Shown here piece by piece: positions 12,701 through 23,429 of a stretch of DNA of 64,000 nt. Source of the DNA: Selaginella moellendorffii (lineage: Eukaryota > Plantae > Lycopodiophyta); assembly GCF_000143415.4 (NCBI RefSeq), contig NW_003314267.1, forward strand, positions 3,555,138 to 3,619,137. The letters run 5' to 3'. A program made the translations under genes and the position numbers. Below the pieces are notes generated by a model that ran no database searches, had not been told where the DNA came from, and saw only the letters and a list, made by a program, of their open reading frames with translations. Positions within the stretch are counted from its first letter, which is position 1; every line of letters starts with the position of its first letter.

Positions 12701-15700
12701 TCAAAGAAAGCTCCAGGTGCAACATGGGAAATGCTCAGCTGGGTCTTCAATGCAATAGCGGGTGGGTCACTTGCTTCCGACTTCAAGGGCAAATGCGTTG
12801 TCGAGTACAACTGTGGCAGACTATTCTTTCGAGCCTCACTACTCAAGGGTGTCCCGTGTGTTGCGGTGACAAACTCCATTGAAGAGGTGACTTCAATGGA
12901 GCATATAATTACAGTTGCCAAAGAAAAACAGTATCTTCTCTGCGAACCTGGTGAGTACGCACTTTAAGTTTAAATGTTATCTCACAAGCTCTGTATGCAG
13001 AAGCGTGGCCACCCCCAGATGCTGAAATGGCGTTAACAACTACTGTTGAAGATACCCATGTTGGGCCGAGCTCACAACCTGCACAAGGTAAGGTCACATG
13101 AGGCCTCACGCCATTTTGATTATAGATCGTTGTGAATATTCAGACACAAGGACTGAAAAGCGCACTGGTGGCGCGTCGAAGAAGGACAAATAGACAAGCA
13201 ATAGGAAAAAAGGAGGTACAAATTATATTTGCAATGGCGTGTGGTCTCATGCCATTCCTTGCAGGAGACACTTCTTCAAAGGCAAAACAGGCAAGCACCA
13301 GCCAAGCTCAAACTGACAGTGGTCATAAAAAGCGAAAGCACGTTGGACAGTCATCGGGATCAGAGGCGTTTGATTCGAAAAGGAAGAAGGGCAACGAGAA
13401 GATGATAGGTAATGCCTCGCGGTTATGGCGTGTGTGCTCATGCCATTCATTGCAGATCAAAGGCTGAGTGAAAGCAGGCAGTCACCACCTCCTGACTCAG
13501 ATTCCTATGGCGGACTCCCCTTCCCCAATCTCAATGGAGAGGTACAATGGATGAGGGATGCTTTTCAAGTCAGGGCCACGTTTTTCTCATCTCGTCGTCT
13601 TCGAAGGGTGCAAGAATGTGCAGAAACCATGTTAAGATAGTCGGGTGAGGATACGGTCCTAGGTCACGCACTAAAACAGGCTATGGATGTCTTGTATTTT
13701 GAGATGGAGACTCGGCCAGATGATTTTCCCAAGATGGTCCTAGAAGAACAAGCCATCCAGCCTGAGCAGCCTATGGAAGAAATGCAGGAGGGGGATGAGG
13801 AGCCAGAGAAAGATAATGAGCAGGAAGAGCAGAAGGACGAAGAGGAGGACAAAGAAGAGGAGGACGAAGAAGAGGAGAACGAAGAGGACTTGGATGGTCC
13901 TCACAATAGTGACGATCACAATAACGACGACGACGATGATGACGACGATGGCCAGCCTGAGGTGGCCAAAGAGCAGCGGAGGAAGGTTATACAAGACAAA
14001 CCATCAGGTAAATAATAGTACATCCATTCCTAACCTTTTACCATTTCTAACATTGTCCATGTAGGTCGTAGAGCAAATGGTAAGTAGAGATTATTCAGTT
14101 GAATTTACAAACTCTAGCCTTTAGTGTCGAGGAAGGATAGTGCCAAGCAAGGGTCGAAACGTATGTCCAATCCTTCAGAATCAGTAGTGCGCCCAAGTGA
14201 TATCGGTCCTAGTTCCTCAATAGCAGTTGATGGTAAATACAGTATAGTCGATTCAATGTGCTAATGAGTTTGTTTTTAGTAGCACAGGAGGATACCATCT
14301 CAATCGAAGGGAGATATTTGGACATGCATATGGATCCGCCAGTGGACTCTACTTGCCTGCAAGAGTCATCAGAGCTGGTGGAGGCTACTATCCATATCAA
14401 TGCCAAGCAAGCTGACCATGCTCCACTTGATGCTGCCCATACCACTGAGTCAATCTTGTCCACGTATCCAACTGACGGTGACCAGGCGCCATTGGACCCG
14501 CATGAGGCCGCCCCAGCCGCCGAGCCGGTCGTATCCTCATTTCCAACGGACTCAACGTGTGCCCAATCGTCTGACTACGCGCCGTTGGAACCTCCCTACA
14601 CCGCCCCTGCTTCCTGTTCGGTCATGTCCACTTTGCCAACGGAGGCACCAGCTGAAATGGCGTGTGATCACACGCCATCGGAACCACCCCATGCCATTGT
14701 TGAGCCAATTGTACCAGAGTCTACAGCTGAAATGGCATGTGCCCACACGCCATCGGATGCGATTGACCCCACATTGCAGAGGAGAGTATTTCCGCCCTTC
14801 ACGTTTCCTCGACGAAAACCCTCTCAACGACCATCGGAAGCACCATTCGCTAATATTGTAGATGGTAAAATTGACTTGTACCATTTTTTATGCTGACGCA
14901 TTTCATTTTAGAGTCATGGCGAAGGTACTGTATCGTTTTTGATCTGAATGGTGTCCTTTTCTCCCATGAGCGTGGCTCGTCCTCGAATGTCACTACACCC
15001 TCCAAAGCCTGCTGTCGCAAGTTGGTCAAAAGAGACAAATTCACATTAATCACATGGGAGAAACTGCGGGATCTAATAATGACCATGCGACACTTAAAAC
15101 AGAGGGCCGGGTTCAATTTGCAATTGGGAGTTTGGACATCCATGATGCGCCACAATGCATTAACGTTGCTACAGATGATGCACGATCAGACGCGAGTAAT
15201 ATTACCATTTGACTTTCTCCTAACGCAGGAGGATTGCTTGACTATGGTCCATGTGAGGGGTAGCAAGCCCATCTTCGTCAAGCCAGAGGCTGTAGTGATG
15301 AACCGGACTGCTAGGTCAAGTGAAATCCTCATCATCGATGACTCGCCGATTAAAACTGCAGCGAACACGCACACATATGCAGTGCACCCCATCTCTTGCA
15401 ATATGGAAACTAGGGAGAAGAAACCGTATGTTCTGGGGGACCTTGCAAAATGGCTTGGAGCGATGGTGATAGAGAACCGGCCAGTCCAGGAGGTGGCTAC
15501 AGAAATCAACCAAATGGCAGATGGAACGGTATATCAGAAGCCATTTGATCGGACAGACACCAGTCATCATTTATGGCATGTATATTGTCTAGCCAAGCAC
15601 TATCCGCATCTCCATAATCTGCTCAACCGGATGGGTTCTTCGACCACTGAACATGAGCGTGGACGTATTAGAGAAGAGATGGCATTACTATTGGGTTTAA

Positions 15701-15774
15701 ATCCTGATAGTGTGGAGAGTGATGAAATTCCAAGATTATTGTATAGGCGTTGGAGGCAAAAAATAACAATCTGA
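9763..15774 (+). pseudogene. Multi-exon transposon cargo gene 1: ParB/Srx-like domain, degenerate beta-class MTase-like domain, acidic linker, FCP1/SCP-like HAD phosphatase
   Basis: ATG|GTAAG at 9763 with acceptor at 10004. Short GT-AG introns at 11181-11234, 12951-13000 and others. ParB-like: NHRLVSDEWVEKL...FYAVSGQHSSLA. MTase motif-I-like: KCVVEYNCGRLFFRASLLKGVPCVAV. HAD motifs: IVFDLNGVL, GVWTSMMRHNA, ILIIDDSPIK. Premature TAA at 11058 and a solo LTR in an exon. The phosphatase exon could be a separate gene. Confidence 0.6.
11757..12143. mobile_element. 387-bp solo LTR with 5-bp TSD ATCAG inside a cargo-gene exon
   Basis: Termini TGTCAAGACCCC...GGGATTCCTGACA, flanked by ATCAG (11752-11756 and 12144-12148). 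Removal restores the frame KLDQ-YPNFIKSDVD into ORF 12242. Contains a ~26-bp TCAGGAAT..GTGTCTCGAGAG tandem repeat. Confidence 0.9.
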
Positions 15775-15839
15775 GATTCCCCTTATTAATAAAACAACTT
15801 CGTTAGTGTCATAGCTTAGAGGTTAGTGTCATAGCTTAG

Positions 15840-18800
15840 ATGGTTTTTCCATGTTGGCATGTTGATTCCTCTATTGATATCATTTGGTTACATTTAGTCT
15901 GTGGTGTTGGATTTCACGGAGTCTTGGCTCGATAATATGAGTTTAGTGTTTAGGTTTTGTGAAGGCAAGTTGAAGAGTGATTGTTGGTTACTTTATAACT
16001 AGTTCCTTATCACATGTCTAACAGTAAATAATGTGGTATATCACTCCTTAATGATGTGTTATCTGAAACTGAGTATTGTTGGAAGATTAGTCTCGGATAT
16101 TGCTTCAACTTTGGTTAGCTTGGTTGCTAAAGAGTTTTGGGTGGTGATTAACTCTTGCTTTCTTCTAGCTTTGTTCTGGTGTTGATGGCATTGAAGTGAT
16201 GCCTTGTCATTGATATTATTGATGATAAGATTCAAGTGAGATGAAATGTCTCTTTGAAAGATTGATATTGAGTTTCATTAGTCTCGATGAAGATAATGTT
16301 GATGATTTGGCTATGGCTTTGTGTTATTAGCATTCATGCATTTTCTAGTTAGCAACTATATTGACATCACACGAACTTGGTGGCAAGTTGAGTTAGTCAT
16401 GTTCTAGACTGGTATTGAAGTGATTGAATCCTTGTTGGATTTCAGTTAGGATATATCGATCATTGATGATGATTCTTGTGCTTGTTATGAAGTGAGTTAC
16501 GTCTTGCTATAGATGGATTCATGGAAGATCGTTTGGTGATCACTTGTTGAGCATAGCTTCGTTATACTTAGCTTTTGGATTGATGCAGACATGCTCTTCA
16601 TTAGCTTTGGCATTATGAAGTTTGGCTTATGGATGTGTTAAGGAGGATGTTGTGGGTTGTACTATGATTTCTTCTTTAGCATTGAAATTAGTTCATGTGA
16701 GACTTGTGATCATTATTGGGTAAGACTTGGTTATAAGCTTCTTCAAGCTTTTGGTTTTTGAGTTTCATGCTCAATATCCCATTTGCTAGAAGTTGTTGGG
16801 GGATGGCATTTTGGCTCATTAGCTTCAATGTTGAAGTTAGCTTTTGCATCTAGCAATCATTGGTGATGATTGACTATCATCTAAGATAATTGATTATCCT
16901 TGTTAGAAGTTTTGCTTGATTATTGTTGATCTAGAACGATTTGCCATTCTTCAAGATGGTTGATTCTTCCTTTGATGATGATTATGCATCTCCCTATTGA
17001 TGGGATGATTGATGGTCTTTCATGATGGTTAGTTGTTCTCTTTGATGGTTTTTAGCTTTTCGCATTACCACATGTTCTTTGTGGTTTGCTTTGGATTAGT
17101 CTCTTGGATTTGCGACTTCAGTAGGATGTTGCTAACGCTTGTTTGAGCAATTTTGGTTCCTTGGTATTGTTGACCGGGATCTATTCAGATTGACTAGTGC
17201 GATCATTAGCATGAACGAGTGTTTGTTTGTTTTGCAACATTCATTTTGTTCTGTTGATTATTGCTTAAGTTGGTTCTGGTAGATTGGGATGTTATTTCCT
17301 TTGAGTGATACATTCGCGAGCATTTTTCTTGCTAGTCAACGATACTTTGTGTTCTTTGAGTTCTCTTTTGTAAGTGGCTTGGCATGCTATCTGAAATCTT
17401 TAATAGTTAAGTTTTATCATCAAGTATTATTGATGGTATACTTACTATTGAATTTTATTGGGTAGTGAATCCTATATTTTCCAACTCTAATGATCTTGGT
17501 GGTTCCTATACTCTAATACTTGTTTATCGGATGATAACTTACTTGGAATACTTTTGTGTTCTAATTTAAGATTTAATCACTGATAATTAAGACTCTAAGA
17601 TATTATTGTCTATGACTTTGATATTGTCCATCTATTGATCTTTGAGTTTGGGCTAGTATAGGCAGATTGGTTTCGGCACTTCATGTGCATGCTGAAATCT
17701 CTAGTCATGGGGTAGCTACTGTCGACTGGTCACATAACCTGCCTCTCTGTCGATGTTCCTTATGTCGTTAAAAGGGCGTTACCGTGTAAAGAACTCTAAC
17801 TGCCTATTTATAGTAGTCTATCTAAACCTTACCGACGGGTTTGGTTTCTTTACTCAGGAGGGTTAGGGCCTCTGGCTTTTCTCTCTATGCCACCTACGGG
17901 CAAGGGCATATCACACTTTTGTAGCTGGGTGACACCCAGAGCAGCAAGGGTGGCTAACTTCGTTGGTTATTTCCTTGTCGACGATGGCCAGAAGATGTCT
18001 GAGTTGGTAGCGCATCTGCATTACACAAAGAGGTTACCCCTAACTCATTTAAGTTGGTGCATTTCTCACATAGTGTGAGTACCGTGAACTTTTTTTTGGA
18101 GTTGTTTCCTTGGCGGTATTCTAAACTCAAGTATGCATCGAAGAGGATGTCAATCTTCCCTAAGGGGGGAGAGTGTCGCGAATGTGACTTAGGGTATCGA
18201 AAGTTACTTGTCGGCTAGTCCTTACGGACACTCTTACCTTACTGCCACGATGGCAGGAGGTCGGTATTGCTGGACCCTTTATCAGCCCCTCTTATGCTAG
18301 TGGAGTTAACTGGGCATTTCGAGTGTACTTAGACCAGATGAGCATAAGGACGGAATTCCTATGTGTTATTAGCTAAGCATACTTAGCCCGGATATCTTGC
18401 ACTAGCTAGTGACAAGAACCCTCGCGTATTGAGATTGGTCCCTCAATATCGTTGGATGATAGCTTACCATATCTGCCAAACACCCTCGCTATTATGCCCT
18501 TTGTGTTAGTCTCATTGCGGTTCCAAATGCTATTTATGGAAAGTGTCCAGATTTGCTCATTTGGCATATCTACAGAATGTAGAGATCGGCCTGAACACAA
18601 TGGTGTTCGTCCCATGTCCAAATTCGCAATCTAGAGGCATTCCATATTTAATAAGTTTTGAACTTGTCCCAGAGACTAACTCCTGATACTAAGGGAGGCT
18701 TAGGGTGAAAGCCCAAAGCGTGTGTTCCTCAGGGGTTAGGGGGTTCCAAATGTATAGTAGGGATAGTGGGTAGGTCGGGCATGGCCGACCAACCTAAGGC

Positions 18801-19233
18801 ATAGTCTAGTTCTCGTTTGCGTGCCTGTCCTTGTTCTGCATCCGGCTTGGGTCTATGCCTAAGTTCTATACCATGCTAGTTGATGGGGTACCTATATCCT
18901 CGCGTTAGGCCACTGGTATGCCGAAATAGCACCAGACTCCGTTTGGCTCCGTTTTGTGTGTTGGACCTGGCATTGGGATGCTGGTTGCTCCAAGACTGTT
19001 CCAAGTCGCTCCGGGCTCCTTTCCCTTCGCTCCTTAGGCTGTATGCTCGAGAGTTGCTCTGTGGTTCGGTTTCGTCACTCCATGCTTAGGAGTTTAGCAC
19101 CGTTCCTTCGTTCAGTGGCCCAAGGCCCTGAACCTTGGGCTCCACACCACAATCCTTTGGACACGTGGCATGTGACACATGACATCTGTCACGTGGCATA
19201 AAGAGGGTTTAGGTTCTGCTTTGTGGTGTTATC
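15840..19233 (+). mobile_element. Fragment of a second LTR-retrotransposon family: decayed 3' internal region, PPT and LTR starting at ~18174
   Basis: PPT-like AAGGGGGGAGAG immediately followed by TGTCGCGAA at 18174. The segment 17614-18080 recurs at 51082-51520. No intact ORF, and boundaries are approximate. Confidence 0.45.
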
Positions 19234-20958
19234 CTATGGTAAATCACCATAGGATAAAGGGTAAAAACCATGTGCGCTACAGGTGAGCACCTTCTGGACT
19301 TGGCAAAGTAGAGCCTTTGCCATAGAATCGAAAAAATACCTCGAGGATGGAGGTAGTGCTCCTTTGTTGCTTGGTGCAGCAATCAACGGATAGGAGCAAA
19401 AGATTAGTGGCCAAGTTTGGGCCATAGAATTCATTAGAAGAAATCCAAATAGCAATATTAGGCAAGGAACACTAATGTGTTGAACGCTAATGGATTGTGA
19501 GAAAGGGAGTGTGTTTCCAAGGATGGATTCCCAAATACTCCAATTTGGTAAAGGTAAAAACTCCAAGGGAGGGAGCGGCAAAGTAGCCAAATGATAGGGC
19601 CATGGACATCTCTAGCACAATTTATGATAACTGGAACTTAGTGCCAAAAGTGACTCAAAATAGAAAAAAGGATGATAGTGCTCTCAAGTAGAGAACTTCC
19701 TAGGATGGGGAAGTAAAGTTTGCACAATATGTGCAATGAAAGGTGTCGAAGACACAAAAGAAATTGATTTTGAGAAGTCAAGATTAAAAGTTCCAAAGTG
19801 GAATGGTTATCGATAGAAGTTGAAACTACTCAAGAATGAATAGTGGGATTGAGATAGAGAAGGTGTCTCTAACGGGTTTAACGAGAATTAAATCAATAAA
19901 AGGGAGAGAACCACCACAGATGGTCAAATGAATCTCTATGTTGGAGAGACTATGCTTCTTAGAGGATGGACAAGGCATGATAAACCTTCAATGTCAAACC
20001 ATTTACGAATGTTGGCTAGGTGCCAAGGATGGAAAGGGTAATACATGTTAGTGTTACTTTATAAAATAGTTTATCGTTCGATGAGGACATTCAACTTTGT
20101 TTATATGTGGTAGAGTTGTGAGACATAAAATCCTTAGGCCCTAAAGAGGAGCCGAAAGGGTGCCACGTGGTAGTGGCTGAGGTGGAATCTAAATGAGGTA
20201 ACACATATGGACTAAAAGCTCCAACTCGAAAAGTCAAGAGTGGGAGTGGAACTCCCTACGAAGTGCTCGTAGAATGAGCACAAAAAGAGATGGAGTCTGA
20301 GATGGACCTGAGATGGAGTCTGAGATGGATCCGAGATGGAGTCTGAGATGGAGTCCGAGATGGATTCGAGATGGAGTCCGAGATGGACCCGAGATGGATC
20401 CGAGATGGAGTCCGAGATGGAGTCTGAGATGGAACCCAGATGGAATCCAAGATGGATCTGAGATGGAGTCTGAGATGGACCCAAGATGGAGTTCGAGATG
20501 AACCCAAGAAGGAGTCTGAGATGGAGTCCGAGATGGACTCGAGATGGAGTCCGAGATGGAGTTCAAGATGGGACTGAAACCGAGACCAAGACCAAGACCA
20601 AGATCGAGACCGAGTCTAAGTCCGAGTCCGAGTTTGAGTCCGAGTCTGAGTCTGAATAAGGCTGTTGGGTAGCAATCGTCCCCCAAGGGAGGGGGGGTGA
20701 AAGGGGTTCCAAAAGTATAGTAGGGAGAGTGTGGGGGTTGGACCTCAGTAGAGCCAGCCAGGAAAGGATAGTGTGACCTAGGAAGGCTATACCCAGGTGT
20801 TGGGTGAGGATATATCCACTGAGGAGTCCAAGGTTAGAGTGAATACAGACTGACAAATGGGGTAGCTTGGTGAAGTATTCAAGAGCCAGCCCTAGTTCCC
20901 CCAGGAGATCAAATGGTCGATGCTCCCAGTCCAAGCGTGGGTGGCACTACCTACTTGG
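19234..20958 (+). mobile_element. Copy A continued: 3' internal region and first part of the 3' LTR (from 20117)
   Basis: Colinear with 26640-27513. PPT-like GTGGTAGAGT then TGTGAGACA at 20117. The LTR is cut at 20958 and resumes at 50141. Confidence 0.8.
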
Positions 20959-21840
20959 TGTGAGACACAAAACCCCTAGGCCCCAAAGTGGAGCCGAAAG
21001 GGTGCCACATGGTAGTGGCCGAAGCAAAAGCCAAACGAGTGTAACATGTTTGGACTAGAAGCTCCGACTTGAAAGGTTGAGAGCGGGAGTGGAACTCCCA
21101 ACGAAGGGCTCAAGGAACAAGTACGAAGTGAGCAATAAGCGAGTCTCTAGAAAAGGGACACAAGAGGACCAACACATGACATGTGGAAGTGTCCGAGATG
21201 GACCCGAGATGGAGTCTGAGATGGACCCGAGATGGAGTCCAAGGTGGACCCGAGATGGAGTCTAAGGTGGACCGAGATGGAGTCCGAGATGGACCCGAGA
21301 TGGAGTCTGAGATGGACCCAAGATGGAGTCCGAGATGGACCTGAGATGGAGTCCAAGACCGAGACCGAGACCGAGTCCGAGTCTGAATCCGGGACCAAGT
21401 CCGAATACTAATACAGGCAGTTGGGTGAAAGCCCAAAGCAATCGTCTCCCAAGGGGGGAGGGGGCTGCAGGGAGTTCCAAAAGTATAGTAGGGAGAGTAT
21501 GGGGGTTGGAGCTCAGTGGAGCTAGTTTGGCCAGGAAAGGCTCGTGTAAGGCCATGGTGTTCCAAAATGTTGCCCCAAAGTCCCAGACTATGGAAAGGAA
21601 GAGGAGCAGACTATGAGACACAAAATCCCTAGGCCCCAAAGTGGAGCTGGAAGGGCGCCACATGGTAGTGGCCGAAGCGAGAGCCAAACGAGCGTAACAC
21701 ATTTGGACCAAAAGCTCCGACTTGAAAAGTCAAGAGCGGGAGTGGAACTCCCAAAGAAGTGCTCGAGGAACGAGCACGAAGCGAGCAAAAGGCGAGGCTC
21801 CAAAAAGGGACCCAAAAGGACCAACACATGACACGTGGGA

Positions 21841-22415
21841 GTGTCCAAGATGGACCCGAAATGGAGTCCGAGATGGAGTCCGAAGTGGAGTCCGAGGTGG
21901 ACCCGAGATGGAGTCCGAGATGGAGTCCGAGATGGAGTCCGAGGTGGACCCAAGATGGACCCGAGTTGGAGTCCGAAGTGGAGTCCGAGATGGACCCGAG
22001 ATGGAGTCCGAGATGGAGTCCGAGATGGAGTCCGAGATGGACCCCAGATGGACCCGAGCTGGAGTCCGAAGTGGAGTCCGAGATGGACCCGAGATGGAGT
22101 CCGAGATGGAGTCCGAGATGGAGTCCGAGGTGGACCCGAGATGGACCCGAAATGGAGTCCGAGATGGAGTCCGAGATGGACCCGAGATGGAGTCCGAGAT
22201 GGACCCGAGATGGAGTCCGAGATGGAGTCCAAAGTCGAGACCGAGACCGGGACCGAGACCGAGACCGAGACCGAGATCGAGATCGGGACCGAGACCGAGA
22301 CCGAGGCCGAGGCCGAGACCGAGGCCGAGGCCGAGACCGAGCCCGAGCCCGAGTCCGAGTCCGAATCCGAGTCCGAGTCCGAGTCCGAGTCCGAGTCCGA
22401 GTCCGAGTCCGGAGC
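21841..22415. repeat. LTR-internal satellite: 11/12-bp GAGATGGA(GT/C)CC units followed by 6-bp GAGACC/GAGTCC units
   Basis: Directly visible. Homologous arrays at ~20288-20652, 21191-21400, 27743-28412, 34981-35660, 40966-41645 and 49010-49170. Confidence 0.95.
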
Positions 22416-23417
22416 CTGAGAGGGTGAAAGCCCAAAGCGTTCGTCTCTCAGACCCTGGGGGGTTTGGTGAGCTCCAAAAGTATAGTAGGGGGAGGACTGC
22501 AGTGGAGCCAGTTTGGCCAGGAAAGGCCAGTTTGGCCCAGGAAGGCCAGACCCAGTGTTGGGTGATGAGCTGCCCACTAGGAAGTCCAAGACTAGAGTGA
22601 ACACAGACCGACAAGCGGGGTAGCTTGGTGATGTGTTCAAGAGCCGGCTCTAGTTCCCCCGGGAGATCGACTGGCCGATGCTCCCAGTCCAAGTGTGGGT
22701 GGCACTACCTACTTGGATACCTGGTGTGGCTCAATGGAACCCGCTCTAAGCCCATGGCTAGAGCACCCAAGGGCAGAAGGCGAGGAGAGTACCTAGGTGG
22801 CTCGCGTAAGGCCACGGTGTTCCGAAATGTTGTCCCAAAGGCCCAGACTGTGGAAAGGAAGAGGAGCAGTCCTCTGGGGTAGTGACCAAGGACACAGTCG
22901 CGTGGTGAGGAAGTCCCAGAGGACCGTGGGACTTAGTGGTCGGGCCTGTGGGTCTCGGTCCAGTGGCAGTGTTGGCAAACACGGCCAGGGGCAGAAAAGG
23001 ACTTAGTGGGGACTGACAGAGGGATATTGGGGAAGGCTATTCCCCTTGTCGGTGGGCATCCTAAGGATGCTAAGGAGTGGATCTGAGATGACCACTCACG
23101 GATGGTTTGCCTAGTCTTGGGGAGCCAAGACTGTGATGCAAGTGGTATTGGACTACCAGTGTGGCAAAGGTGATTGGGCATGGCCTTAGCGTAACGGGCT
23201 GCTATGTCGGTGGTACCTTTGAGTGTCGGTCATGGGATCGGACACGTGGAGCACTTGGACCAAGTGCAAATGTTGAGTGGCATGGATGCCATTCTCGGGG
23301 CTAGCAAGTCCCAAGTCCTGGATTGGACTTATGGAGGTTGTGAATGAGACTCCTCCAAGTGGTCGGAGGTGTGGTTAAGTGACTAAAGTAGAATGGAAAA
23401 TTTAGTCGCTTACAATT

Positions 23418-23429
23418 TGGTATCGGAGC
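23418..23429 (+). other. Primer-binding site, tRNA-Met type (TGGTATCGGAGC)
   Basis: 3 nt after the LTR end and one mismatch from canonical TGGTATCAGAGC. The same site is at 36665-36676. Confidence 0.85.

Larger units (their letters stand above)
3511..14754. repeat. Dispersed 24-bp imperfect palindrome AATGGCRTGWGGCCWCAYGCCATT (~21 copies)
   Basis: Copies near 3511, 3827, 3916, 5325, 5382, 7208, 7278, 7376, ~8055, ~8122, 8977, ~9056, 9790, ~9868, 9927, 11201, 13092, 13233, 13424, 14656 and 14731. Two more lie in the MITE (50828, 51001). Confidence 0.9.
3286..15840. mobile_element. Large Sola-like DNA transposon (left terminus present, right terminus not found)
   Basis: Left end AAGCTCTATTTCGTTAAAGTGGGATTTATTCAGTAAAATGGGAC matches the terminal sequence of the MITE at 50786-51072. 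Contains a DDD transposase (minus strand) and a divergent cargo gene (plus strand). The right boundary is approximate, placed where a different LTR family begins. Confidence 0.7.

Noticed and set aside
3511-14754. Palindromic 24-bp repeats as a CRISPR array
   Set aside because: Spacing is irregular (tens to thousands of bp), copies lie in introns and exons, the context is eukaryotic, and there are no cas genes.
21588-22692. Long overlapping ORFs with SD-, RS- and GL-repeats (also at 27.4-28.7, 34.7-35.9 and 40.6-41.9 kb)
   Set aside because: Artefacts of the stop-free LTR satellite. They are open in most frames and have no domain content.
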